A DNA stretch of 64,000 nucleotides, from NCBI RefSeq assembly GCF_006345805.1, contig NC_043017.1:16926001-16990000 (forward strand). Reading direction: 5' to 3'. Below the pieces are notes generated by a model that was given only the letters and a program-made list of their open reading frames with translations, did not search any database and was not told the DNA's origin. Within the stretch, counting starts at the first letter, position 1. Each line of letters begins with the position of its first letter. The DNA comes from Octopus sinensis (lineage: Eukaryota). The translations under genes were made by a program, and so were the position numbers. Below are positions 13,155 through 26,532 of this stretch, in pieces.

Positions 13155-13890
13155 GTATGGCACTCCGTCGGGTATGACGATGAGGGTTCCAGTTGATCCA
13201 ATCCGCAGAGCAGCTTGCTCTTGAAATTAATATGCAGGTGGTTGAGCACTCCATAGACATGTGTACCTATTTCTTTATGACTCCAGAGGGGAAAAACAAG
13301 GACAGAAAAAAGGATTAAGTCGATTATATCAACCCTAGTGTGTAACTGGTACTTATTTAATTGACCCCGAAAGGATGAAAGGCAAAGTTGACCTCAGCGG
13401 AATTTGAACTCAGAATGTAAAGACAGACGAAATACCTATTTCTTTACTACCCACAAGGGGTTAAACATAGAGGGGACAAACAAAGACAGACAAACGGATT
13501 AAGTCGATTATATCGACCTCAGTGCGTAACTGGTACTTATTTAATCGACCCCGAAAGGATGAAAGGCAAAGTCGACTTCAGCGGAATTTGAACTCAGAAC
13601 GTAACGGCAGACGAAATACAGCTAAGCATTTCGCCCGGTATGCTAACGATTCTGCCAACTCACTGCCTTCATTGACATGTGTACCCTTAATGTAGTTCTC
13701 AGGGAGATTCAGTGTGACACAGAATGTGACAAGGCTGGTCCTTTGAAATACAGGTACAACTCATTTTTGCCAGCTGAGTGGACTCGAGCAATGTGAAATA
13801 AAGTGTCTTGCTCAATGACACAACGTGTCTCCAGATATTGAACTCATGACCTTCCAATCGTGAGCCAAACAGCTTAACCACTGAACCACA
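13155..13890 (-). mobile_element. tRNA SINE (family F) split by a nested family E SINE
   Basis: A/B boxes at 13835-13890, GTTGTGTCATTGAGCAAGACACTTT core; second copy at ~48930-49175. Confidence 0.7.
13268..13673 (-). mobile_element. Dimeric tRNA SINE (family E, Meta-domain-like core)
   Basis: Two 184-bp units containing GAGTTCAAATTCC and CCTTTCATCCTTTCGGGGTCGA; 12-bp TSD GACATGTGTACC at 13256 and 13674. Confidence 0.85.
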
Positions 13891-14089
13891 GGCCTTCCCT
13901 GCTTATGTTTAATGGGTATAATTTAATGTCATCCTCTCATTTTCCGTGCTGACAGGAGTTTGCTGCATTTGAAATTATGCAGCTCTGTATATCAATCCTC
14001 CATCAAGTTTTCTCTGTAGTTATTTTCAGGTTGGTGCTTTGCTGTACTCAAGAAGGCCGGCCCACCACTCCACACAAAAGGCATTGGTA

Positions 14090-14600
14090 TGGATACTGGT
14101 AGACGGATCTGAATGGATTTGGTAGACAGAAACTGAAAGTAGCCCATCATATATATGTTTATGTGTCTGTGTTTGTTCCCCACCACCATCGCTTAACAAC
14201 TGATGTTGGTGTGTTTACGTCCCTGTAACTTAGCAGTTCAGCAAAAGGAAAGATAGAATAAGTACTAGGCTTACAAAGAATAAGTCCTGGGGTCAATCTG
14301 TCCGACTTAGGGCGGTGCTCCGGCATGGCCACAGTCAAAATGACAGAAACAAGTAAAAAGAATATATACTCCTTTACTTCTTTCAGTCATTTGACTGTGG
14401 CCATGATGGAGCACCACCTTTAGTTGAGCAAATCCACTCCAGGACTTATTCTTTGTAAGCCTAGTACTTATTCTATCATTCTCTTTTGCCGAACTGCTAA
14501 GTTACAGAGATGTAAACACACCAGCTTCGGTTATCAAGCAATGTTGGGGGGACAAACACAGACACATATACATATACACACACACACATACATATATATG
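14090..14600. mobile_element. Tail-to-tail inverted pair of family A SINE 3' halves
   Basis: + copy 14090-14365 and - copy 14370-14600 separated by ~10 nt. Confidence 0.8.
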
Positions 14601-14704
14601 ATGAGGACAATTGTAACAATATACATACATGTATAACATATTATGCTTTACATATATAATATATAAAATATAAAAATATCAGTAATTATTAAAATATATA
14701 ACAT

Positions 14705-15120
14705 AGGCACAGGAGTGGCTGTGTGATAAGTAGCTTGTTTACCAACCACATGGTTCCAGGTTCAGTCCCACGGCGTGGCACCTTGGGCAAGTGTCTTCTA
14801 CTATAGCCTCGAGCCAACCAAAGCCTTGTGAGTGGATTTGGTAGACGGAAACTGAAAGAAGCCCGTCGTATATATGTATATATATATATATGCATGTGTG
14901 TGTTTGTGTGTCTGTGTTTGTCCCCCTAGCATTGCTTGACAACCGATGCTTGTGTGTTTATGTCCCCGTTACTTAGCGGTTTGGCTAAAGAGACCGATAG
15001 AATAAGTACTGGGCTTACAAAAGAATAAGTCCCGGGGTCGAGTTGCTCAATTAAAGGCGGTGCTCTAGCATGGCCGCAGTCAAATGACTGAAACAAGTAA
15101 AAGAGTAAAGAGTAAAGAGA
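14705..15120 (+). mobile_element. Full-length CORE-type SINE (family A)
   Basis: Complete head, CORE-like domain, microsatellite, (AGTAAAG)n tail. Confidence 0.9.
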
Positions 15121-15885
15121 GAGCAATAGAAATTGGGATAATATCTTACACCTGTTTCAGCCAAGACGCAATTATAGAGTTAGAGGTGGTGAATTCAACC
15201 AACTGAGGGATAATATCTATCCAATATACTGCTGGTAGAATACCCAAGTGCGTATTCTGGTTGTCACTTTGTGATTGAAAACCTTAATGTCTGCAATCTT
15301 TTCCTGCCACTAATGTGCAGTATTGAACTTCTAGCAGTTCACACTGCGCCTCAATTCAAGTTCCCCCTTCTAGCAGTTTATGTATCATCAACAATAACGA
15401 ACACTTAACCATAGCAATAAAACAAAACACTAACCATTCAAGCCATTGTAGACATTAGTAATGGTCTATAATTTATATTCCAATCATGTCCTTTTTCTTT
15501 TTATTGCCAGTTATGATCAAATCTAAATTTCTACTTCTGCTCCAATCACAGTCTTATAAGTGCTCCATCATTGTTTTCTAATCAACCCAACAACAAAAAC
15601 ACACCTGATTTAATTACAACATATTCTCTGCTCACAGTGACACAGGAATGAACAAGGGAAATTACATTTCCGTTTTTTTTTTTTTTTTTCTTTTTTACTG
15701 ATAAGCATTTCCAAATGATTAGTAAAAAGGCATTGACAAATTAATTCAGTTTTAAAGACGAGGTTTTAAACGTTTTAATTTCTTTTTAAAGGACTTAGCC
15801 AGCAGGTTCGAAGGTGGTGAATAAGTTCTTTTTTACCTGGTGCATTGGCTCTCTACGCTTACTCAGCTTCTTCTTTTATGTTCTA

Positions 15886-16286
15886 ACCACCATCATCATC
15901 ATCATCATCATCAGTATCATCAAAATCATCATCATCATCATCGTCATCATCATCTTCATCATTGTCATCATCATCTTCATCATCAGTATCATCAAAATCA
16001 TCATCCACAATATCATCATCATCATGTTCATCATCATCATCATCAGTATCATCAAAATCATCGTCCTCAATATCATTATCATCATCGTCAACATCATCTT
16101 CATCATCATCTTCATCATCATCATCATCATCATCAGTATCATCAAAATCATCAGTATCATCAAAATCATCGTCATCATCTTCATCATCATCTTCATCATC
16201 ATCATCATCATCATCATCAAAATCATCAGTATCATCAAAATCTTCATCATCATCATCATCATCGTCAAAATCATCATCCTCATCAT
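15886..16286. repeat. Compound (ATC)n trinucleotide tract; Asp-rich frame on minus strand
   Basis: ~400 nt of ATC/GAT with recurring AGTATCATCAAAATC interruption; explains five overlapping low-complexity ORFs. Confidence 0.9.
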
Positions 16287-16729
16287 TAATTTTAACATCC
16301 ATTTTATTATGGGTCAGATGGAATTTGTTAAGGCAGATTTTTTCTTCAAGGCAAAGACAACTGTAAATTAGATTGGGTCCAACTTCCATTCACTGCAACA
16401 ACAAGCATGAAACAGATTTCTTTCGAAGTTTCCAGAATTTGGAAAGTTGTTTTAAGATTCATGTCACAAAAATGAATTTTTAAAAAACAAACTTAAGAAG
16501 CGTCTTTTGGTTAAATATGGAATATTTCTAATACTACCTGAGTTAGTGATACCAGGTCTTCTATAAATATATTCCACATTTTTATGTGAATCTGTATTTT
16601 CAATTTTAACAGAAATGAAAATAAAATAGCATTTAGCTATTAAGAATATCAAAATTTCCTTAATGATATCACTAACAAGCATACCCATTACTTCGAAGAT
16701 ATTCATAGAATATATATTATCATAATATA

Positions 16730-17112
16730 TAGGCAAAGGAGTGGCTGTGTGGTAAGTAGCTTGCTAACCAACCACATGGTTCCGGATTCAGTCCCACTGC
16801 GTGGCATCTTGGGCAAGTGTCTTCTGCTATAGCCCCGGGCCAACCAATGCCTTGTGAGTGGATTTGGTAGACGGAAACTGAAAGAAGCCCGTCGTATATA
16901 TGTATATATATATATATATCTATGTGTGTGTGTTTGTGTGTCTGTGTTTGTCCCCCCAACATCGCTTGACAACCGATGCTGGTGTGTTTACGTCCCCGTC
17001 ACTTAGCGGTTCGGCAAAAGAAACTGATAGAATAAGTACTAGGCTTACAGAGAATAAGTCCCGGGGTCAATTTGCTCGACCGCAGTCAAATGACTGAAAC
17101 AAGTTAAAGAGT
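16730..17112 (+). mobile_element. Family A SINE
   Basis: High similarity to 14705-15120. Confidence 0.9.
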
Positions 17113-17125
17113 ATAATATATATTA

Positions 17126-17365
17126 TCAAAGCACCAACTGATCGTGGCCGTTGCCAGCCTCCCCTGGCACCTGTGCCAGTGGCGTGTTAAAAACACCCAC
17201 TACACTCACGGAGTGGTTGGTGTTAGGAAGGGCATCCAGCTGTAGAAATACTGCCAGATCAGACTGGAGCCTGGTGCAGCCTCCTGGCTTCCCAGACCCC
17301 GGTCGAACTGTCCAACCCAAGCTAGCATGGAAAACGGACGTTAACTGATGATGATGATGATGAGG
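17126..17365 (+). mobile_element. RTE 3' UTR fragment (family B)
   Basis: Ends GCTAGCATGGAAAACGGACGTTAAC(TGA)n. Confidence 0.85.
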
Positions 17366-17734
17366 AGGAGGAGGTTGTGTGTGGTTTTGTGTCTGCAATG
17401 TTCTCTATTTTCTGAGATTTACTTACTATAAATTTTTTGCTTAATAAAATCACAATATGGATTATATTCTTTCTCTGACTATTGAATTTTATAACAGTGA
17501 AATAGGTCATCTGTTAAAAGAGCATGTATGTGTTTGTGTATGTTTATGTATATGTCTGTGCGTTTATGTGTGAGTGTTCCATGTGTACATGAAGTTGCAG
17601 GAATCTACTCAGTCCAGAAACATCAAAAGAGAATCCTTGAGACGTTTTACAGATTTGCACTGATTCTAATCAGATTGCATGTTTCTTTTCTTTTTTTCCT
17701 TTTTTCTTTTCAAGAATCCCAACATTTCTACACT

Positions 17735-18153
17735 TTTTACTTTTACTCTTTTACTTGTTTCAGTCATTTGACTGCGGCCATGCTGGAGCACGGCCTTTAG
17801 TCGAGCAAATCGACCCCGGGACTTATTCTTTTTTAAGCCCAGTACTTATTCTATCGGTCTCTTTTGCCGAACCGCTAAGTGACGGGGACGTAAACACACC
17901 AGCATCGGTTGTCAAGCAATGCTAGGGGAACAAACACAGACACACAAACACACACACGCATATATATATATATATATATACATATATACGACAGGCTTCT
18001 TTCAGTTTCCGTCTACCAAATCCACTCACAAGACATTGGTCGGCCCGGGGCTATAGCAGAAGACACTTGCCCAAGATGCCACGCAGTGGGACTGAACCCG
18101 CAACCATGTGGTTGGTTAGCAAGCTACTTACCACACAGCCACTCCTGCGCCTA
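17735..18153 (-). mobile_element. Family A SINE
   Basis: Reverse complement of 16730-17112 type copy. Confidence 0.9.
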
Positions 18154-18454
18154 TTTTATACAAATCTTTTATACAAATCTATTAGTTACATTGCCTAGTG
18201 CTTCTATGGTAACAGGTACGAATGAAAATTTATAGTATGGGTGTAAGAACTCTAAGTCTCTCATTAGGTCAACTGTTATTTTTTCCCCTAATTTTTTCTG
18301 AATCACTCACATCCTTCAGCAGCTGAACTCTACAACAGCGTACAACTTTTACTACCTATTTCACAGAATGAGATCTGACCTGTCAACTGTACTTACACAG
18401 GGTTTGGTTTTTATTGAGATGTCACACCAGTTTTCTTTATTTTTAAAGATTTAT

Positions 18455-18868
18455 ATTTCTTTATTGCCCACAAGGGGCTAAACACAGAGGGGACAAACAA
18501 GGACAGGCAAAAGGATTAAGTCGATTACATCGACCCCCAGTGTGAAACTGGTACTTTATTTATCGACCCCGAAAGGATGAAAGGCGAAGTCGACCTCGGC
18601 GGAATTTGAACTCAGAACATAACGGCAGACGAAATACCTATTTCTTTACTACCCACAAGGGGCTAAACACAGAGGGGACAAACAATGACAGACAAAGAAA
18701 TTAAGTCGATTATATCGACCCCAGTGCAAAACTGGTACTTTATTAACGACCCCGAAAGGATGAAAGGCAAAGTCGACCTCAGCGGAATTTGAACTCAGAA
18801 CATAACGGCAGACTAATACAGCTACACATTTCGCCCAGCATGCTAACATTTCTGCCAGCTCGCCACCT
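18455..18868 (-). mobile_element. Dimeric family E SINE
   Basis: Head GGTGGCGAGCTGGCAGAAATGTTAGC; two ~183-bp units; imperfect TSD TTTT(A)AAGATTTA. Confidence 0.85.
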
Positions 18869-19519
18869 AATTTTTAAGATTTAGATAAAGTCATGCATTT
18901 TGTATGACCATCAAGACAAATTCTTCCTGTGCATTGCATTGTAGATAGTTCTAATGACAATGGCATGTGTCATGGACAGATAATATATTGCAGACATTTT
19001 TAGACAGCTGCCATCAGGCACAGTACCAGGAATTTTTCAAAGGGAGGGCACAAGGTCAGAAGGGAATACAATTCCAGGAGAAAAGGGTGTAAAAACATTA
19101 TTTAGAAGGGTACGCTTCTTTTCTTGAAGTGGAATGAATCCATCAGGCACACCCCTTGGGCCCACCCTTGGCCATACATACATGGAGACAGAGTGAGGGA
19201 GAATGTAGTAAAGAAGGATCTTTTCTGTTGTTGTCACAGATTTTGAACTTTTAAAATTATGTGAAAATTTTCAAATTTAGTACATTGATGTACTTTTTTT
19301 TAATGCTGAATCCAATTTTGTTACTCAATTATTCCAGAAAAATTTTTGGAAAATGTTTACAGAGATTTAAAGTTTGATAATTTTTACTCTGATGGATTTA
19401 GTTGAAAAATGAACCCCAGCTGTCAAGTAGTGATGGGTGACAAACACACACACACATAATTATATACTTATATATACATACATACATTCATATATATATA
19501 TGTATATATATATATCTAG

Positions 19520-19765
19520 GGCAGGCAAAATTCCCAAGATTCATGGACGAGTTCTCTCCAGCATTTATTGTCCCTCATCATCATCGCTGCCATGTCCTTG
19601 TCTCACAGGGACCAGTGTCTGTCCTTAGGGCATCAACATATATCATCCTCAGTCTCCCTCTTCTAGTGTGTTCATGTAGGGGCTCCCACAGGAGCTCTGA
19701 GTGCAGTATCAACTCTGAATGATTATGTAGACCACTCCTAACGAAAGCCAGAGCTTCCTTCAACC
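19520..19765 (-). mobile_element. RTE/RTEX-like LINE 3' end fragment
   Basis: LLWEPLHEHTRRGRLRMIYVDALRTDTG resembles the LLWxP...RGRP..TY.D.L..DTG C-terminal motif. Confidence 0.7.
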
Positions 19766-19799
19766 ACAACATAAAAAGTATTAAGAAAAACAATGTTAT

Positions 19800-20125
19800 T
19801 TAGATATACTTTTATTTCTGTTGTTTACACTACTTTACGCTTGTTTATACTCTTATACATTCAAAGTTCACAGATTTCCTTGTTTAAATTATGAATCATA
19901 TTCCTTTCCACAATATCAAAATTTCTTTGTAGATGATATTTTCTGTTTGGTCGAAACTAATTTTCAAATTACTGGAGTCTGTTGCTTTACTCACAGCGAA
20001 GTATAACTGGCCGTGTGTAAACATCGGGATGGGTAAAAATACACCTACATGATCTAAAGTCTGGCCTTGTGCCTTGTTTGCTGTGAATGCACGAGAGGAA
20101 TCTTTAGGGTTGCGAAAAATCAAAC
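19800..20125 (-). mobile_element. Helitron Pif1-helicase C-terminal fragment
   Basis: AFTANKAQGQTLDHVGVFLPIPMFTHGQLYFAVSKA...TENIIYKEIL = Helitron helicase motifs V/VI and C-terminus. Confidence 0.92.
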
Positions 20126-20369
20126 TAAGACTTATCTCTCACTGTTCTATATGAATAATGTCTGGATGTTCTGGTGCCATGGATTATTTTGATTGACAAA
20201 ACTGAGATGTAAACAACAGCTGCTTCGATTAACCATTTCGAATCCTGCTCAAGACTGACACACTCCAATAACCACTAAATAATCACGCACACACTATGTA
20301 CTGACACACACTTTTCCCATTTTATTTCCCCTGTTAACTGTCCCCCCCACCACTCTTCATGTCTATGAT

Positions 20370-20580
20370 TAAATGTGAAGGTGGTTTATCAATTCAAAAA
20401 TCGATATCCACAAAATAATCATACTTTCTGATCTTTTAATGCTAAAAAACCTTCCTTAATGACTGTCTTTGTAATCCCGAAAAATATTGTAACCATTGGG
20501 CTAGGAAGAGGGGACAGACAAAAAGATGGACAGACAGACAGATGGACATAACACTTATTATAGTAAGATAGCAAATCTAC
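20370..20580 (+). mobile_element. DINE/Helentron-like short element (second copy ~21010-21200)
   Basis: Two diverged copies ending in (GACA)n-GGACATAA...TATAGTA(A)GAT. Confidence 0.45.
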
Positions 20581-20699
20581 CTATCTATGATAGGAAATAG
20601 AGGGATATTATCGCAAATCTAAACCCTCTAAATTCATGAACTATACGGGGTGGGGGTGGGGAATCCAGAGTTAATCCTTGTTGCCGGAATTTTAACAAA

Positions 20700-21006
20700 T
20701 CAAAATCAAAATCGAAATCGATCAACATCAATGGAAATTGTAGCTGTAATACCAGTGCCGGTGGTACACAAGAGAACCATCCGAATGTGGCCGTTGCCAG
20801 TGCTGCCTCAACTGGCCTCTGTGCCGGTGGCATGTAAAAAGCACCCACTACACTCTTGGAGTGGTTAGGAAGGGCATCCAGCTGTAGAAACATTGCCAAA
20901 TCAGACTGGGCCTTGTGCAGCCTTCTGGCTCCCCAGACCCCAGTTGAACCGTCCAACACATGCTAGCATGGAAAGCGGACGCTAAATGATGATGATGATG
21001 ATGATG
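20700..21006 (+). mobile_element. RTE 3' UTR fragment (family B)
   Basis: Colinear with 31900-32408; (GAT)n tail. Confidence 0.85.
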
Positions 21007-21407
21007 AAGTCAAAGGTGATTTATTGATACAAAACTCAATATCCTCTAAATAATCATATTCTTTTTCATTTTTTTCACTAAAAACCTTCCTGATTACCTC
21101 CTTCATAATCCCGCAAAACATTGTGACCATTGGTCCAGCCGTTTGAGCGTGAAGAGGGAAAAGATCAGACAGATGGACATAATGCCCATTAGAGTATGAT
21201 ATTTGAAATCAACCTTTTAGAGTTTTAGAGTTCATTTTCTGTGGGTTTTGCAAGAATAGATTTGCTGTTTTCATTAATGAACACCACTCCTCATTAAAAT
21301 GTTGAAAAGAAGAGGAAACGAAAGGAAAATACTATCAAAGTTTCTTTTATGTTGTGTTTGTGGGGTGTGCGATAAAATCTTGTCCTTTTTATATATATGT
21401 ATATGTA

Positions 21408-21440
<33 letters not shown>

Positions 21441-21660
21441 TCAAAAGGAAAAGAGAAATGCCTGAATCATTTTCAAACATATGTTGTCATTCCTTTAAGG
21501 ATTACGCACATACCTCTACCTGTGTCAACTTCATGCTATTGTGTTCTACATTAAGTAATACCACAAAATGACAGCTGACATAATTTTTTATTAGATCAAC
21601 AAGTACACAGGTAAATACTTTCATACTGGTTCTACTGACAAGCTACACCCTCTACTCATC

Positions 21661-21693
<33 letters not shown>

Positions 21694-22172
21694 GTTTTGA
21701 TTATTACTAGATTTGGAACTTACACTCCTCTTTCTCTTACCTCAATGAAAAACAAAAAAAAAAACCCTGTGTGTATTGAATGTTTTCTTGTAGGTTTCCC
21801 AATTCTGGTATAACTGGTATAACTGTCTTTTACAAATTTACAAATTCAAACATTCAAGGTAACAATTAGCGGTTTCAGTTAACAAGAATCTGTTCAGAGA
21901 CAACAAAGAGAGATGACAGCGTTATATAAATAGACATATTAGTTAAACTGAAGTGTTTCTTCAATAACTAAAAGAATACTCAGAGGTTTAGAAATATACA
22001 AGCGATAAGAAAAATATTTTTTAGAAATGAAGAATCGTTGAAGAAAATAATTCATCAGTGTATTAAATTGCATTTAAAAAATGTCACATCATGACAAGGG
22101 TTTTGTAATCAGTATTCAGCCCTTTAGCGTTTAAACTGACCAAATCCAACCCAAATATTCTACCTGCTTTAT

Positions 22173-22522
22173 ATAATAATAATAATAATAATGAAATTAT
22201 TGTATACAGTTCTCAGGTGAACCACAACTTGTCAGAAAGTGCATATAAAGTACATGCAGTAATGTAAAAATGTTTGGAAAGTGAACAATGTATGAGTCAG
22301 ATACATGCTTGTGTGTGTATGGAGGGGAGAAAATCAGGTGTAGTGTTGGCGAATCTCAGAAAGCATGGAAGTTTTGAAGGATGCAGTGCTCCGACAACTA
22401 ACAACTGATGCCGGCAGTTTGTTCCACGCTTCAGCAACTCTCAACATGAAAAAATGTTTCCTGAAGTCATGGGAGCTGTGCTGTTTTCTGACTTTGTAAA
22501 TATGTCCACAGGTGTTAGATGG
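22173..22522 (-). mobile_element. CR1-type LINE 3' end inserted in a piggyBac-like MITE (~22118-22686)
   Basis: Minus frame KHFFMLRVAEAWNKLPASVV...ASFK, (TTA)n tail; MITE ends CCCTTTAG / CTAAAGAG on either side. Confidence 0.75.
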
Positions 22523-24087
22523 CTACTGACCAGATCTCTCTTCTCACACCTACCCTACAATGTTATTCTTAAACTAGACAATCACATCATCTAAAATCTC
22601 TTAGCTACAAGATAATACATGATTAATTAAAAAGCAATGTGAATAAATATCACCTTTGACAGAGTAATCTGAAGTGCTAAAGAGTTCAGGAATATTTGTG
22701 TGTGGATATGTGTGAGTATATGCGGATGCAGGTATGTAGGTGGGTGTGCAAGCACGTATGCTATTTCAATGATACACCCAAACAACCACCCACACACACA
22801 CAAATTTATACTTGAGGACCTGACTTGTCAATCAATAATGATGGTAGGTATCTTACTAAACTTTGTGGTAATAACGTTTTAGACTTATCACTCCCAAAAA
22901 TATACGGATTTGATTACTTTTGATATGTACCATACGTAGTAGTCAATGACTCACTTGTTTTACTACATTATGTTATTTTCTACTCTAAATGCTTCACCTA
23001 ATTTAACAAAGGTTGGCCATCCGTATGTATTTGAAACTGCCAAAATATGTGCATATTTACATGTTGATACTTGATCTTACAAACAGGTTACATACATTTT
23101 CTGAAGATTTTTCAAGAGATGGCCGGTTTATTTTATGCAAAAGCAACAAATGCACATAATAATCATGTCAGCAAATTGAATAGAAACGGTAACAGAGGAA
23201 TGTGGAAGAACATATAAAGTAGAATAATTAATGATGGGTTAAGTGTAAATCCAAATGCATTTAGCCTATTAGACATATACTGATGACACAAAGTGTGTTA
23301 TAGATGGCATTGTCATACTATTATAAAAGCAGGGAGCTGCGGACTTGTTAGCATGCCAGACAAAATGCTTGTCGAAAGCGTTATGACCCTAACTTGGTGT
23401 CCTTAATTTTAAAATACCTTAATTCAAATAATCTTACAAATAATTACTTATATATACATAGAATAATCCTTCAGTTTAATGTTAAATTGTTTCACTTATA
23501 CATTAATCCTTCGCCATATTATGGTTCACCTATTGCAGTTCACCTGTCACGGTTTATTATTTAAGCTAATGTCAATTCCTTCAGGGTGTTTTTTTGCATT
23601 TATAATAAATAAATATATACAAATTATAAAAATAATTTTAAAACTATACTGCTCAGTACTGTTTCTACTTTGTGGATTTTCACCTATCGCAGAGGGTTTT
23701 GGAACGTAACGCCTGGGGTAGTCATGGGATTACTGTAATTTGACATAAAAACAAACATTAATACATTAATATATACACACACATGTAAACAGACTTAGTT
23801 GGAGTATGTATATTTAATTGATTCAGTCTTTCTTTCTGGAAGTAATATGAGGTCTGTATAGGGATGAAGACCTGTTCTTCCTGGACAGATGTAGTAGAGT
23901 ACAACTAGAGTACAACTAGAGTACAACTAGGAAGGCACAGGAAACATTTCTTTAGATTTAAAAAAATTTAGGACTCAACATTACTATAGGAACGGATTAT
24001 CCTAAAGTAAATTTCCTTGACGCCACTTTCTGCCTTGATACTGGATATTTTTGAACCATTTCATAAACCAAATAATAATTCATCATC

Positions 24088-25690
24088 ATTCATCATCATT
24101 TAGCGTCCGCTTTCTATGCTAGCATGGGTTGGATGGTTCAACTGGGGTCTGGGAAGCCGGAAGGCCGCATCAGGCCCAGTCTGACCTGGCAGTGTTTCTA
24201 CGGCTGGATGCCCTTCCTAAGTGTAGTGGGTGCTTTTTACTTGCCACCCGCACAGGTGCCAGACAAGTATATAAATGTAGCCTCCAACCATCCACCCTCA
24301 ATAATACAGGGATTAGTTAAGAATATTTCTACAACAATTTTTAGGTGATCTGCAAAAACAAAAATATTTGACTCACATGCACGATATTACGATACTGCTG
24401 CAGCTAGGGCTGGATACCATGAGAAAATACATTACATACAAGTCACAAACATACGTAACCCTGACAATTCCTCCATTAATAACACACACACTGTACACAG
24501 ATGCAATGTTATGGTACGCGGACTGTCTCAGATCAAGAACACCAGCCAGAAAGAATTGGTCGAGGCAATAAAACTCATAGACACGCACAACATAATAATT
24601 CTAATGCTCTTGCCAGCCTCGCCTGGCCCCCGTGCCGGTGGCATGTAAAAAGCATCATCCAATTGTGGCCGTTTGCCAGCCTCGTCTGGCACCTGTACAG
24701 GTGGCACGTAAAAAGCACCCACTACACTCTCAGAGTGGTTGGCGTTAGGAAGGGCATCCAGCCGTAGAAACATTGCCAGATCAGACTGAAGCCTGGTGCA
24801 GCCTTCTGGTTTCCCAGACCCCAGTTGAACTGTCCAACCCATGCTAGCATGGAGAACGGATGCTAAACGATGATGATGATGATATCACAATAAAGTCTTC
24901 CAATCCTGTACAACACACAAGAACAAATAAGCCAAACAGCAATATAGGAATCATGATGTCCTCTGGTACAACTCAATCTTTGGGTCACATGTTTCAGCCA
25001 AGATTGCGAGGAATCTTTTTTGCTTCTTTAGGCAAATGTTTCCCTAAATCTAACAGATTCCATGCTATTCTTGATAGGTTTATGAAATGGTTCATATAAT
25101 CCAGTATCAAGGAAATTTACTTTATGATAATTCGTTCCTAAGGTATCTTATGCCAACTCTATTTATTCAAAGCAGCATATGCACTGCACTGCATAAATAA
25201 TAGTAAAATGAAACAACAGCTCAATAACCCTCCGACTGGAACTAACAAACATATGCATCAAAGTACCAACAAAGGAAATGTAAACTGCAATGAAAAGCAC
25301 CAGATTGTGATAGTAGAAATGACTGTGATATAGCTAACACGGTAACGACACTGGAAAATGAAGTCAGAACTGCCATATATACAAATCATCATCATCATCA
25401 TCATCATCGTTTAACGTCTGTTTTCCATGCTAGCATGGGTGGACGGTTCGACTGGGGTCTGGGAAGCCAGGAGGCTGCACCAGGCTCCAGTCTGGTTTGG
25501 CAGTGTTTCTACAGCTGGATGCCCTTCCTAATGCCAACCACTCTGTGAGTGTAGTGGGTGCTTTTTACGTGCCACCGGCACGAAAGCCAGTCAAGGCAGC
25601 GCTGGCATCGGCCACGTTCGGATGGTGCTTTTTATGTGCCACTGGCACAGGTATCACAACTACAATTTCCATTGATTTTTGATGTTGATA
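24088..25690. mobile_element. Cluster of three RTE 3' UTR fragments (24088-24262 -, 24605-24882 +, 25385-25690 -) around a Penelope-like remnant (~24900-25200 +)
   Basis: Family B tails; RGIFFASLGKCFPKSNRFHAILDR resembles the Penelope RT-EN linker G..FL.L..KHFP....L.KIF.R. Confidence 0.7.
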
Positions 25691-26532
25691 CAAATAAATA
25701 TAATAAATGCTCATGTAGAGAAAAATGCACCATGTACACAAGGGGAGAAAGCTACATGTTTATATGGGGGCAATGGCTGATTCAGTCAGGAATTGTTATC
25801 ACAACCATGTGGCCAGCTTCAAGAAAATCCATAAGAGGCATTCTACATCTTTGGCTGATTTTGTGTGGTGACTTACGAAAGATAGAATTGAATATAACAT
25901 AACTTGGTCCATAGTAAGGCACACAAAACCACATGATATCATTTCCAGGAGATACTGACTCTGCCCTGAGGAATCCCTGCCTATTCTGTGAACTAATGAG
26001 AGGATCATTAATAGAATTTTTGGAAGACTCTTTGTTGTTTTGGTAAAATCTCAGAAAATAATTAAAAATTCACATTTTTTATCAAATTATTTTGTTATAT
26101 TTGTCTATCTATCCAACTGTAAACATTTTAAATATTTCACCAACTTTTTGTTATAACTTGGTAAAAGGGTACATATTTTGCCAAAAATTGCCAAATTTGT
26201 TCCCACAGTCTTCTTTATCCACAACCAGAATTGTAAACTTTATATGCATGTGTAATGTGTGCATGTGTGTGGGTTGTGTGTAGCAGATGATGTGTGCTTT
26301 TTCATGTGGTATGTGCACATGTGCATGTGTGTGTGTGTGTGTGTGTGTGTATGTCACTGTGACTAAATAGTGTACATGTATATAGTGTGTGTGGGCAAAG
26401 GTTATCTTTGTCTGTGTGTTGCATGTGTGTGTATATGTTGTCTGTATTCCGATATTATGTACTTGTGTGGGTGTAGGAGTGTGCATGGCGTTGTGTGTGC
26501 AGCTGCTCATATAGTGGTGTGTGTGATGACAC

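Noticed and set aside
15814-16371. Poly-Ile, poly-His, poly-Ser and poly-Met ORFs
   Set aside because: Alternative frames of the same (ATC)n tract
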